Below, piece by piece: positions 42,675-56,183 of a DNA stretch of 64,000 nucleotides. Made by a program: the position numbers and the translations under genes. The DNA is from Octopus vulgaris (Eukaryota), in the NCBI GenBank assembly GCA_951406725.2, contig OX597816.1, positions 992,001 through 1,056,000 of the forward strand, written 5' to 3'. The notes beneath the pieces are model-generated. The model did not search any database, was not told the origin of the DNA, and was given only the letters and a program-made list of their open reading frames with translations. Position 1 is the first letter of the stretch. Each line of letters begins with the position of its first letter.

Positions 42675-44319
42675 TCATCATTATCATCATTGTTTAATGT
42701 CCGCTTTCCATGCTGGCATGGGTTGGACGGTTTGACTGAGGACTGATAAGCCGGAAGGTTGCACCAGGCTCCAGTCTGATCTGGGAAGGTTTCTACAGCT
42801 GGATGCCCTTCCTATCACCAACAACTCAGAGAGGATAGTGGGTGGTTTTTACGTGCCACTGGCACGGGAGCCATCCACGCATCACTGGCAATGATCAAAC
42901 TTGAATGGTGCTTTCTATGTGCCACCAGCACAGGTGCCAATCAGGTGTTACTGTCATTGGCCACGACAATGACTTCACTTGACTCAACAGGTCTTTGCAA
43001 ATGCAGTTTATTGCCCAATGATTGAAGGGTACTCTTAGTTGGGCCAGTTATGCTGCACTGGTATAGGCCACGGCTTCTGGTCTCACTTGGCTTGCCAGGT
43101 CTTCTCAAGCACAGCATATTTCAAAACGTCTCGGTCACTTATCATTGCCTCGGTGAAGCCCAACATTCAAAGGTCGTGCTTCACCACCACATCCCAGGTC
43201 TTCCTGGGCCTACCTCTTCCACAGGTTCACTCCACTGCTAGAATGTGTCACTTTTTTACACAGCTGTCCTCATCCATACGCAACACATGACCATACCAGC
43301 ACAGTCGTCTCTCTTGCACACCACATCTGATGCTTCTTATGTCCAACTTTTCTCTCAGGGCACTTACACTCTTGTCAAGTATGAACACTGACATTACACA
43401 TCCATCAGAGCGTACTGGCTTCATTCCTTGTGAGCTTACGCATATCCTCAGCAGTCACAGCCCATGTTTCACTGCCATATAGCATGGCTGTTCGTACACA
43501 TGCGTCATACAGTCTACCTTTTACACTGAGTGAGAGGCCCTTTGTCACCAGCAGTGGTAGGAAGTCTTTAAATCTTGCCCAGGCTATTCTTATTCTAGCA
43601 GCTACACTCAGACCATCCACCCTCACTACTGACTTGGTCACCTAGGTAACAGAAGCTATCAACTGCTTGTAGTTTTTCCCCCTGGAATGTGACAGAAGCT
43701 GTTCTCTGCACAGTTTTAGTGTTTATTGCTTTTGCATTTGCCACACACAAGAACTATCTTCCTAGTTAGCTTTCCTTTGATATTGCTGCACCTCTTATGT
43801 GTCCAAAGCTTACATCGGGTACATCTTATGGAGCTTCTACCTACGCCTCTACTACAGATCAAGCAGGGCCATCTACCTGAAGGGATTTGTGGTTTGTCTG
43901 CCTTCCTACTTAGGACTTTGGTTTTAGCTAGGTTAATTCTAAGGCCCTTCGATTCTAATCCATCTGCCTGAAGGGATTTGTGATTTGTCTGCCTTCCTAA
44001 GGCCCTTCAATTCTAGACCTTGCTTCCATACCTGAAACTTCTCTAGTTCTGATAATGACCCGGCTATTAGAGCAAGGTCATCAGCATAGAGAAGCTCCCA
44101 GGGGCATCCTGTTATTGCCTGGGGGACTATGACGAATAAGAGGGGGTTAAGGACTGATCCTTGGTTGACCCCTACCAGAATTCTTCACTATACTCATTGC
44201 CAACCCTCACTTTACTGACAGCATCCTTGTACATCTCTTGCTAACCACTCATCTATCCCTGGTTTCCACATTGACCACCAGATAAGGGATCGGGGGACCC
44301 TGTCAAAAGCTTTTTCCAT
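42675..44319 (-). mobile_element. 5'-truncated RTE-clade LINE (RT C-terminal part, 3' UTR, (GAT)n tail)
   Basis: Minus-strand motifs MEKAFDRVPR, GVNQGSVLNPLLF, PWELLYADDLAL (YADD at 44077-44088), KGLRINLAKTK, FCYLG, MLYGSETW and GRGRPRKTW. Tail ccatgccagcatggaaagcggacattaaac(gat)n. Confidence 0.93.
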
Positions 44320-45775
44320 AAAAATAATAATAATAATCCTTTCTACTCTGGGCATAAATCCTGAAACTTTGCAGAAGGTAGTTAGTCAATTACATTGATC
44401 CCCAATGTACAACAGGTACTTATTTCATCAGCCCCCAAAAGAATGAAAAGCAAAATCAACCTTGGTAGAATTTGAACTCAGAACATGAAGATGGATGAAA
44501 TACCACTAGGCATCTTGTCCAGCAGACTAACAATTTTGTCAGCTTGCCGTCCTAAATAATGGACATATTAAGTTTTTCTTAGATGAGTATAGTAAGCTAA
44601 CATAAAAAGAGTATAAGTGTAGGGTTCTGCTCTTGTACTAAACAATTCCAAAGTAAATTTAACCCAGACCCCTAATTTCAGTTTTCTACCCCCTTTTTCT
44701 TTCAATGTAGTTTCTGAGCTGATTTAGCCAATTCTTTGGTTAATTAAAAATCAACAAAAGTCTATTTTTAACAATAATCAAAAGAGAAAGAAAGAAAAAA
44801 AAATAATCGAAAATCAAATGAAAAACCAGTTTCATAATTTGAAAAGAATGTTTTACAGACTTTCTTTTTAGGTGTTTTGATGCTTTCTGCTTACTTCATT
44901 CCTGGGTGGAAGGGGTGAGAGTAGTGGGCTGGCAGGGGAAGGGAGCTGAACAAAAGTTTTCTTAAAATTGCTATTGTTTTTCCATTTCCGCTGCACAACC
45001 CTTACTGTCCCTGGCTTGTAAAGCAATAATTTCTTCAAAAGGAAATGATGATGATGATGATGAGAACGGAAGTGATATTTCTTTTTCTTGACTGTAAGCA
45101 TTACGTTGAACCAGGTCTGCCTGTGTCTTCTTCTTATGTGCTGTCCTCTGTTGCTTTAGCTTCACTGGAGCTGTGTAAACAAGGCTTAAACTACATGTAT
45201 TCACTTTGTAAACACACACACACACACACATTTCTGGCTTGTTTGAAAACCAAAATACACATGCACAGCACCCTCTTGTAAACATAGCTTTCACACAAAT
45301 CCATTCTCTCCCTCTCTCTCCCTCTTGTCTTCTTTGACATACGTATCTGTGAGTAAGTATGTATATATATATATATATATATCTATTTCTGTGTGTGTGT
45401 GTGTATTTCTATATTCTTTCTCTCTCTCCGTTATCTCTGAAGAAAGTAGTATGACACTCACAGCCACCACCCCCACCCCCTTTTCACTGTCATTCTCTCT
45501 CTCTCTCTCTCTCTCTGCTGCACTGCAATAAACTCGGTTATTTTCTACCTGGTCAGCTCCATTGTTACCTGGATCATTCATATTGCTGACAATAATACCT
45601 GCAACAACACAATATTATTATTTGCAAAGAGAGTTTTCCATTAACTGTAATTTGTTGTCAAGGTGATGATACTTCAGCCATGTATAATCTCAGGACACAA
45701 CAACAACAACAACAACAGCAGCAGCTCTTTGAATGCTTATTCAAGTATTCTTAGTTACCTATTCTTGATATCAGC

Positions 45776-45807
<32 letters not shown>

Positions 45808-45930
45808 CAAAGACATTAAGAAGCTGCTTAGCTGTTCTCCTTTATGTTTGTGTGTGTGTGTGTCTTTGTTTCTGCATATATTCACATATGGTAGTGTGTA
45901 TGTATGCGTATATATGCATGTATATGATGT

Positions 45931-45967
<37 letters not shown>

Positions 45968-45968
<1 letters not shown>

Positions 45969-46232
45969 GGGGTGCAATGGGTAAATTGTTGTCATTTTAT
46001 ATTTTTAATTTTGCACATTTTTTTATTTTGTCGATTGTACAGTATAGTAGGGTCAGTTGGGCACCGTCTGTGAGAAAAACAGCACCAAGATGCAATTCAC
46101 TCTGCCAGAAATTTGGAAATGACAAGCTGCACAGCTTGACATTCATGCCGGATGCTCCAATAGAAACATTTCAGGGTGTTAAAAATCAAATATCCAATCA
46201 ACAACATGGTGTTTGGAGTGGTCACAGTTATT
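45968..46232 (+). mobile_element. Left end of a Tc1/mariner-superfamily element (truncated)
   Basis: TA|CGGGGTGCAATGGGTAAATTG after (TA)n, followed by a short broken reading frame (QFTLPEIWK). No right end seen. Confidence 0.45.
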
Positions 46233-46240
46233 CACTGCAC

Positions 46241-46287
<47 letters not shown>

Positions 46288-48950
46288 CATGGACAGTGGT
46301 ATCTGTGTGTGTACAATTTAGAATTTGACATGGAAGAGAGAGAGAGAGAGAGAGCTGGACAAATAATGAATAAAGCCCCACCTGATTGCATCTCCTAAAA
46401 TGGATTGTAACTTCACAAACAAACTAATGGTATTCTGTTTTCATCTTCACATTTTCTTATGTGTGCATCCACAACACACACACACGCACACACATTCGCC
46501 TTAATTACTGGTTTCAAGTTTTGGCACAAGGCCAGCAGCTTTCGACAGGAGTCCAGTGACTCCAGTGCTTAACTGCTACTTATTTTATTGACCTCAAAAG
46601 GATAACAGGCAAAGTTGGTCTTTGCTGAATTTGAACTCAGAACATTTTGCCCAGCATGCTATGGTTTCTGCCAGCTCACTGCCACCTTATGTTTCTCTCT
46701 CTCTTTCATATACAATTATATACAACAACAGGTAACACTGAGACGTATATTACAGGTAAAGATGGATGAATGCATGCTATGATTGCTAATCCTCATTTAG
46801 CTCCTACAATCCACACCTTGTTGGGGTTGGATGGTTTGACAGGGATCGAAAAGGTCAGACGACTGTTTCAAACTGCAAGGATCTGTTTTTGGTTGGGGTT
46901 TCTGTGTCTTGACCCCCCCCCCCCCAACACCAACTGCTTTGCAGTGTGTACTTGGTGCTTTACATGTGACTGGCACAAGCAAGGGTGCCGAGGAGTGGCT
47001 TGCAAGACAAGATGAGCCCCGATTGCAGGGGATGGCTTATGCCAGGTGTATGATAGAGGGGTAGGAGATAGATGGCTGCCCCAGCTGGAAGAGGAGAGAA
47101 GATAGTGGTGAGGTGTCAAGGTCTACCCTGAGGGTACAAGAGACCGAGAGTGAAGTGGGTGAGGATTGAGGAACAGATACAGTCACCAGAGTATGAGTGC
47201 CGGATGGATAGAAGGAATGGGGGTGGGGCTAGAGGTGATGCCCAGAACAGCAAACAGGGGAGGGGTGAAGAAAATAGGAGCGGGTCAGGGAGGAGGAAGT
47301 GAAAAGCAGGAGGATAAAGGGGGTGGGTGGAGATAGGAGGGAATAGAGAGTGAACACAGGTAGGTGGTGGGGGGGGTGTTGGCTGATCTGAAACGTGGTG
47401 GTATGGGATGATACTGAGAATGCCAGGTGGGTGATATGGAAAGATGGCACCAAGGAGAGAGACAAAATTGGTCGTATAAGATGGGGGGGGGGGGTAAATC
47501 TGTAGAGTAAGAAGCTCAACAGGAGATAGAAATAAGAATATGAGGTTTACAAAAAGTAACATTTTTGCAGCTTTTCCTGTAGAGTCCCCCCCCCCCGGTG
47601 ATTGGATTGTAATCATTTTCTAGGGTTCAGTCAATTACATTGCCCCACACACCCACACAGAGGACCAGCCAAGGTGAACTGTGATGTTCTTACATCACAT
47701 GAATATGTCCCCAAAGAGTAAAATCTAAAATGATGGATGCATTATCATCCGTTCGTTGTGGCTTGGATTGGTTCAGACAATATTACCTGTAATCAGTGTA
47801 TGAATTCTTAATTACTTTCGAATCAGAAGTAATTAGGTGTATGATTAAGATAGGTAAGAACTTGTTTCATCTAATCTCAGTTCCACTGCATGGCACCTTG
47901 GGCAAGTGTCTTCTGCTATAGTTTTAGGTTTTGGGTGGATTTGGTTGATGGGAACTTGTGTGGAAGCCCATCTTATATGTGCGGTGGGTGTTTGTGTCCC
48001 CTTGCCTTTGTGTAAGAGCCACAAACAATTGTCACCATTTTAAGAGCATGTCCTTTGTATCCAGGCTTGGGAAAATATTGCATGGAATAGAAATGAGTGT
48101 TGGCAACAGGAAGGGCATCCTGGCTGTAGAAAATCTGGTTTTTGAAATTCAATTTGCCTGATACAAGCCTGGGAAAGTGGGTGCTACTAAAGGTTATCAC
48201 TGATGCTCTTACCCCGCCTCCTATTATATATTTTAGAATTTTTCTTAATTATTAGAAGCTAAATGTTACAATAGGGAGTCAATGTCTATCCTGTGTCAAA
48301 CTGTCAAAGCTAAAATGGCTAACAAAGAGCCATTTCTTGCTAACGAGTCAACCGTGAAGATTGGCTCCCTTTCCTCCCTGGCTTCTGGTCTGACAGATTC
48401 ATGACTCACTCTTTTATATTCTTCCTTTTTCTACCTTCTGAAGTCTGACATTCAATATCACCCTCTTTTTCCTTTTTTTTTTCTTCACTGGCACCTTATG
48501 AGAATTATTTATGTTTATTTCTGTATTTATTTGCAACGAACTGGTTCATTTCTGTAATGTTATGGATTGCCAAAGCTTATGTAATTGTTTTCGAAACAGA
48601 AATATCAATGTTTTGTTTGTTTTATTGTTTTGTTTAATGGTTATTAGAAAAGTTGCTACCAATTGACGACAAAGTTCAAATCAAAGGGGTTAATCCTAAA
48701 AGAGAAGATAATGCAGATTAGCTTAATTGAAAACATATTGTCAGTGTGATATATTGTGAAAGCATGTATAACCTTTATTCAAACCACCCCTATTTCACAT
48801 CCAAACCTTACCCCATATCTAATCTCTCTTACTCTCAGTTATCTTCAATCCTTTATTATTATTATTATTTATTTCTTTTCTGCTCCCTACTGTCGCCATT
48901 TATTGGCTCTTCTGATCAAACTGATTAATCAATAATTCTCCTTATTTCAG

Positions 48951-49023
48951 GTGCACAATGTGCAATTTGCCTTTGAATTAATGCAAGATGCCGGTCTACA
49001 GAAGCCATCAGCAAGAGTTGAAG
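48951..49023 (+). CDS. parvin: Parvin, penultimate coding exon (second CH domain)
   Basis: Acceptor ttctccttatttcag| and donor |gtgaga. The 73 nt translate VHNVQFAFELMQDAGLQKPSARVE+G, matching alpha-parvin VLNVSFAFELMQDGGLEKPKPRPE. The phase-1 end joins the 57060 exon to form codon GAC (D). Confidence 0.95.
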
Positions 49024-50551
49024 GTGAGAGCAAGGTTTAAGTGTCTTGGCATTATACATGCACGTGTATCTGTGTATAAATGTGTGCAAGTATATATTCA
49101 TCCATTCATCATGTGTCAGTTTTTCCATGCCTGTATGGGTTAGATGAATATTTGAGATATTAATTTTATTTATAACTAAATGCCCTTCCTGTCTCCATCC
49201 CTATTTGTCAAGTGAGGAATTTTTTTTTTTTAAATCTCATTAAACTTCAAAAACCCCAAAACAGGTTGTATTCTAGACAGCTGAAAACTATGTCCTCGGA
49301 TTCTTAATATGGTGAAGGCTGTACATAATCCTTCCTTTCCCTTCTTCACAATCACTGTAAAAGAATAATTCTGGCTGTAACCATCCCATCTGTTCTCTCT
49401 TTAAAAAAGGGGACACAACATTACCTGATGTATCCTTTTGTAAGATTTAATTTGAAAGAGATTTGGTTGCTATTTCTAGCTAGTCATATAACCCTGTTGT
49501 CGGCAATGTTTCTCTGGCAGCCATAGAGTTTCAGTTATGACCATCTTTTCATTCCAGCCATTCTGTCTTTACCCCCAGCTTCTTCTCCACTACTCTCATC
49601 TTTCCTTTCTCTCTTTCACTAATATTGATATCTGTTTCTCAAAGTTGGCTATTTCCCCCCTCCCCACCCCCTGTACCCAATCCTTCATCCCCAGAACATT
49701 CTTCTTAAAGGTGTTGACCATAACAGTTTAAACAAAACACTACAACAGACTTGTAAAGTTCATGGGCTCTGTCCCTTCCCTAGACTTAGTAATTAAAAAG
49801 AAAACAAAAAAAGAACTTGATGGGGTTAGGATGTATGATTTGAGTACTATTTCTAGCAAATTAAACGACAACCTATATAGGCATCTTAATTCTAGGTGGC
49901 AGCAGCAGTGACATAATTCCTCAGTGTCAGGTGAGTTGTATGAAGAATACACTGATGCTGTATGAGAGAAAATCTCTTCGTTAAGACATAATTACTCCCT
50001 ATGAACAGATTAGATATCTCTACGGTGTTTCCTGATTCTTATTAGGACATTCTGCTGGTTTAATCCAATCGAAATCTTTCTTGGATGCATTTCTCCCTTT
50101 GGTGTTCCATTGTGACTCCATAACTCAGAATCTATTCATTAATTCATTTAGATATCCTGCACTTAATTCACTTTACAGATGTCTTCTTTACTTCATGCTG
50201 CTCTGTTTTTGTCTTGAATTCTGAAACAACAACATTCCAAGAGACATTTTGGTTTTTGACTTTGAAACAAACTTCATCTTTGCTAATTCTTTCGTTTCTA
50301 CTTCAGTTGGTTAGATTCTCCAGTTACTTTCAGATGCACCATTTCTATATGCATGCACACACACATACTCCCTTGCCCCACCCCTCTTACTCTCTAGATT
50401 TTTGTTGATATCCGTCCCTCAAGTTATTTCTAATGCACAATTGCAGCAATTTCTTTTATTAATAGATATTAACAAAAATACAAACACAAATTATGTGAAA
50501 AATGAAACTATTTTCCTCTGCTCTATTCTGTTGTTAATTTAAACATCTCTT

Positions 50552-50590
<39 letters not shown>

Positions 50591-51688
50591 CAGACACACA
50601 CACACACACCATGTATATCTCTATCTCTACTTGGACTTTGGGTGTCAATCAAAGCAGCAGCACGTTCACCGTTTGAGCTCCCTGATGTCATCCACCATTA
50701 CGATAGGATTTCCATTGGATCCTATATGTCAGGAAATCTGCAGTGTTTGTTGAGTCTGTAATTGATAGAGGAAACAGAAGACAATCATTTCATGAGACAG
50801 ATGCAGGATGGGTCGAAACAACCATTGTGAGGAATACAGATTCCTGCTAAATCCATCTTCCATTCCTTTTATCAATACATATATATATAATAGGCATGGT
50901 TGTGTGGTTAAGAAGTTCACTTCCCAACTAAGTGGTTTGGAGTTCACTCCCACAGTATGGCACCTTGGGCAAGTCTCCCCCCAGCCAACCAAAGCCTTCC
51001 GAGGGGGATTTGGCAAATAGAAGCTAAACAAAACTGTCTCATATACATGTGGGTCGATTAGCATTATTTGGTGCAGTGAGTTGCAAGGAAAACAATTCAA
51101 ACATTGTCTTTTGATAAACTAAGTTGTAGAGCAGTATAATTGCTGGGAACCTTTGATGGCTGTGCTCTAGCATGGCCATAGACCAGTAACTGAAACTAGT
51201 AAAAAAAAACATGCATACATGATTTATTTCAACTTGATTACAAACTCTGCTATCAGTCGATTGTTCTGTTAAACACAAGCTGCACAGATGTGAACTTTCA
51301 GTCTTGCTAGAAGCTTTACACACTTTTGCATTGATGTGGCAATGATGGGCACCTCTTGCAGTAGATGTTCAGAGAGCTGACACATGCTTTCATTAAGTGT
51401 TTTGTCTTTCTCACCTACAGCTAGCTGTAGTATGCAACACACAATAGAGTGGTGCCTGTGCCTCCTTCATCATTGGGTACAATCAAAATTGCAGCTGTTA
51501 CATCAGTTTTCTTTCTATGAGTTGCCATTGACTCACCTGTGTTCACCTGCCCTTTGACAGGTTTTCATTTCCATCCTGCAGGGTGTCCAACAAAACCCAA
51601 CCCCCTCACCAAGTAGATTGCTAGTTTTAGCCACCGCCAACCTGACCATGTTACCAGAGGCACCAAGACTGACTGATACATACACAGA

Positions 51689-52040
51689 GGTGCAGGTATG
51701 AGTCTGTGGTCAAGAAGTTTCCTTTGTAACCACAGGGTTTTGGTTTCAGTCCCAGTGTGTGGCACCTTAAGTATATTGTGTACCCGCTAGGCCCACCAAT
51801 GCCTTGAGTAAATCTGGTTGATGGAAACTGTGTGGAAGCCTATCGTATGGGCAATGTATGTTTTTGTCTTTCCTCCACTACTTGACACTTGGTGTTGGTT
51901 TGTGTATGTCCCTGTAGCTCTGTTATAGAATAAGTACCAGACTTTTAAAAAATCTAAGTCCTTCGATCCCCTGTTTGTTTGACTAAAGCCTTCAAGGTGA
52001 TGCTCCAGCATGGCTGCAGTCCATTAACTGAAACAAGAGA
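51689..52040 (+). mobile_element. tRNA-derived SINE family 1
   Basis: Same head, core and tail as 58251-58638, but more diverged. Confidence 0.75.
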
Positions 52041-54880
52041 GATTCAGGCTCAAACATGTAAAAAGCACCCAGTGCAACCATGGTTGGCATTAGGAAGGGG
52101 GCCTCCCATCCATAGCATACACTTTCTGGCTTGCCCCCCTCCCCTCCTGTCAAACCATCCAACCCATACCAGCATGGAAAAACGGACATTAAACGATCAT
52201 CTCACGCACACACACACACACACGTTATCCCAGAGGGGACAGTTTTGATTGCAGCTTAATCTGAATCCGACCTGTTGAAAAGGTCTTGCAAGCTGCATGA
52301 GTGGCCACCACCAAAGTTTCTGACAATTAATGCAACTGTAAATGCAAAAGCTTGTGGCCACCCATTAAAGTGCAACTGAGGAGTGACCAAGCAGTAGAGC
52401 TATTTATTAATTTCCTACCATGGCCAGCCAGTCAGTCTTTTATTATCATGTCCTTCCATGAGAATTGGCTGCTATTTCTAACAAACCGAACAACCCCTCA
52501 TTGACCTGCAGCTTCTTCACATAGTTGTCTTCTTCTATTGCCGTCACATCTAGTCTTTGGTTTATTTCACCGTCACCCACCCACCCACCCACCTCAGTCT
52601 CTGCTAAAAAAGAACCATTATCTTTTACCCTGTTTATTACTGTTAGTTACTAATTGACCTCTTTTCTCTCTTTTTTTTCTCCTCCATCTCCCCACTCCCC
52701 CCCCATCCCTCAAAAACTGATCATTCATGTTCAAACCTGTCTGTCTGCAGCATCTGAAATTTCATCTTATTTAACCACCAAAGCCAGAATTGTTAAAAGC
52801 AAAATAAATAAATAAACCAAAGTAAAGTAATAAACTGCAGAAAATAGGGGGAAAAAAACCTGTTTGGAAAATACTTGCATTTCTACCTCAGTTCTTTGTT
52901 ATCTTCTTGATGGTAGGAGTTCTAAAAAAGAACACAAGACAATGTGTCATTTATTCTTTCTGCTGACATTTTCATATCCGTTCCTGCATCAGAATAAAAA
53001 AAGAAATCTACTATAAATAATTATCTTCTTCGTTTGTGACCTCCATGTCATCTTATTAGAGATTCTTTGTTGCTTGCTCGCTGTTACTTGCTTATGTTAA
53101 GGACATTTTATATTGTGAGATTTCTATACTTAATAAATTGTTACTATTCTTAAGTTATTTGTAATAATCATTTAGTAGTTTTCTTAATTAGTAGAACTAA
53201 GTAGCAACTAGTTGTTGTTGCTGTTGTAGTCGCTGTCAGTTGTATTGTTCTGCATGGCTCATAATTTCATCCATCGAAGTATCTGCATGATTTGCTTAAC
53301 CTGCAGACGATATTGTGCAAATAATTGATTATTAACATCTGTCAGAAGCTTTTAATATTTTCAAAAACAATCTCAATTGTAGCTTTTTTCATCAGTTTGT
53401 AAGAAGTGACCACATACCTAAGTGCACTGGGACTCGCTCTCCTCATCTCTTTGTCTTTCACCAACACAAACTCCTATCTATAGATGAGCGAAAGACACAT
53501 TAACACAACAGCAAATGAGACATGGTTTTTTTGCATGCATGTGCACAACCCTATGCCCTCACATACTTTAATGATAGAGAGAGAAATATCAATTTCTGAG
53601 AGAAAAATTACAACAGTGTATTTAAGTTAAGGGCCTAGGAATTAAGTGTTAGGGCAAGAAGGGACCACCAAACTAGGAAGCTCAGAAAAGCATGACTGTT
53701 GTAAAAATGCTATCATTTATTTCCCATCTCCCATGAAAATCTGTTCAACCATGAAGGAAGCAGGTGAGGATTGGTAACAGGAAGGGGAATGTGGTTGTAG
53801 AAAATCCACCTCAGTGAATTTTCTTTGACCCTTTAAACATAGAAAATGGGTCGTTAAAATAAATTTAGAACTGCATTTCTTCAGTTCCTTTCAACAGACA
53901 ATACAATTCTAAGCCTATTTTGTTTATTGCTACAAAATTAAAGATTGTACCTACAATATATATGTCGAAGAATGAGAACAAGTGCTCAACACGGCATTGG
54001 GGGTTAAATTTGTGTATTATTTGATGATATATATATATATATATCATCATTTGGCATGTTTTCTACACTGGTGTGGGTTGGATAGGAACTGGCAAGTCTG
54101 GGGAGGCCAATGCCAGGCAACACTGCCTGCTTCAGCATGGTTTCTGTGGTTGGATGCCCTTCCTAACATCAGCTACATGGCACCAGCACTGACAGCAGTT
54201 AACATTATATCAGTACTAAGATCCCATACGCTTCGGAATAAAGCAGTGAGTACAGAACGTAATATTGATAATTGGATGGCAAAGCATTAGGAATGACATA
54301 TTATCATTGTCTTACAGTTGTTTCTGTTGTTAAGAAGCAGTGCACTCCACAGCCAAGTGTTTGTGCAAGAGCTTTGTTTTCCAGATAACATAGAATAGTA
54401 ATAACCATTAAGTCTGGGGAAACGGCCAAAACACTTAGAATACCACATAAAATACTTCCCTGTAATTTGGTACCTCTGTAAACTGAACTAGGCTCACTAC
54501 TGCATTGGTTGTCCTATTGGGTCAATCAGCTGGATATCAGTAATACACTGGGGTTAGTATTTTAAATCTGTACTTTTCTAAAGAAACTGGTTTTCTACTT
54601 AGTCAAAGAAAGTTCAATAACAGGTTTCAGTCAATCCCTCCTTTCATTGGAACTGAACCGATTCCATCAGTTGTTCTTGATTTGTTACCCATTAATTTAA
54701 TGTCCACTTTTCCATACTTGCATGGAACTTATTGAAGCAGATTTTCTATGATCTGATGCCCTTCCCGGAACCAACAGTCACCTGTTCTCAAGCAAAGTAA
54801 TATCCCTCCCCCCCACCACCCATGGCCAGACATGTTTTCACAGAGGATTGGAAATGAGTGACATAGCTTGTATATATATG

Positions 54881-55456
54881 TACTTTATAATTAGGGTTCA
54901 GCAAAGATTTGCTTCACTACATACCGAAGTTTAGAAATAGCAGTCTAAAAAACCTTAGCTATTTCTTCCACTTTAAAAGGGACTCCCAGAAAAACCAAAG
55001 TACTTGAAAACAATCTATGTAGGCAAAGAGGAAAAAATAATGAAAACCAATCTATATTTGGTTACCCATGTACACGCGTTTCGGAATTAGATTGGTATAA
55101 AGAATATAGAATTATATTTTACCCAACCATTTTCATTCATCAGCATGGGACTCCAACAATATTAAATTCGAAGGCACTGGAATATATCTCTCCTCCACCT
55201 AACGGTATCAGACAGACTATATTCAGTGCTAGTGCCGCCAAATTCAAAATACGAATGAGAGTTCATCATGTGGGTGACCAGATATGGATTGATTTTCGTT
55301 ATTTTGCCTCTTTGCCTACATAGATTGTTTTCAAGTACTTTGGTTTTTCTGGGAGTCCCTTTTAAAGTAGAAGAAATAGCTAAGGTTTTTTGATTGCTAT
55401 TTCTAAACTTTGGTATGTGGTGAAGCAAATCTTTGCTGAACCCTAATTATAAAGTA
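54881..55456. repeat. About 190-bp imperfect inverted repeat (hammerhead-bearing element)
   Basis: Arms 54881-55070 and about 55267-55456 (tactttataattagggttcagcaaag ... ctttgctgaaccctaattataaagta), with a spacer of about 200 bp. TA runs flank the element. Confidence 0.9.
55065..55149 (-). ncRNA. Type I hammerhead motif with long stem II
   Basis: Minus strand: CCCAUG-CUGAUGA-[54-nt imperfect hairpin]-GAAA-CgcguG-UA-CAUGGG. Stem I is 6 bp, the core is intact and stem III contains palindromic ACGCGU. The stem II closing pair is mismatched. Confidence 0.7.
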
Positions 55457-55546
55457 TTACTTAAGCTTACCATGAAATGGTCTTTTTCATGCCGAATTCT
55501 ACTTGGTGAAATTACTGATTACTTCTTCATTAATGTTACCCTTTGT

Positions 55547-55584
<38 letters not shown>

Positions 55585-55681
55585 CGGGAAGCTTTATGAA
55601 AATAGACAAAAGACGAAGGCAGGTGGAAAACAAACAAACAATTGTATTAGTATGGCGCTCAGGAAATATAAATAAAACAAG

Positions 55682-55719
55682 TCTTTTACGTTTCGAGCCT
55701 ACGCTCTTCAACAGAAAGA
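55682..55719 (-). ncRNA. Minimal hammerhead-like motif with variant core
   Basis: Minus strand: UCUUU-CUGUUGA-A-GAGCguagGCUC-GAAA-CG-UA-AAAGA. Stem I is 5 bp, stem II is 4 bp and stem III is palindromic ACGU. The core has A6>U plus one extra A. Lies in an element of about 290 bp (55582-55870) between TA runs. Confidence 0.6.
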
Positions 55720-55879
55720 TACACAGAGAAAAAAACACAGAAAGAAGGAGAGAAAAAAATACGTGCAGTAACTAACGAATCAACATGGCGATCTGATTTC
55801 GGCCAGAAGTCAAAGATCAAACATGAGACGCGAGAGCGAAATTAGGGGAGATAATAGGGTTGAATGACATATATATACA

Positions 55880-55916
<37 letters not shown>

Positions 55917-56183
55917 AGGGTGAGAAAATTGGATACTAATTTAATAGTACATCCATTTAACACCAAGTGGCTTAGTGCATAAAAAACCCGGATTTCGATA
56001 AATTTTATACATAAATATAAGAGAGTAACCACTATATGGTCGACTCTAGCACTAAAAATAGATCCACTAGGTTTCAGCCACAAAGAATTGTTTCCGATGA
56101 AAGTTAGCACGACTACCAGCGCAAACGAACAGGGCAAATAAAAATAACAAAAATGCAGATTAGTTCAGGACAATTGTTTCGCT

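Noticed and set aside
44340-44383. INPETLQK|gtagtt resembling the end of the missing parvin exon
   Set aside because: It lies inside a family-2 SINE, and the upstream sequence lacks the GYFVPL motif.
49895-49936. 35-nt ag|...|gtgagt candidate exon in the last parvin intron
   Set aside because: It would shift the frame between two exons that already join into a conserved sequence, and its pyrimidine tract is weak.
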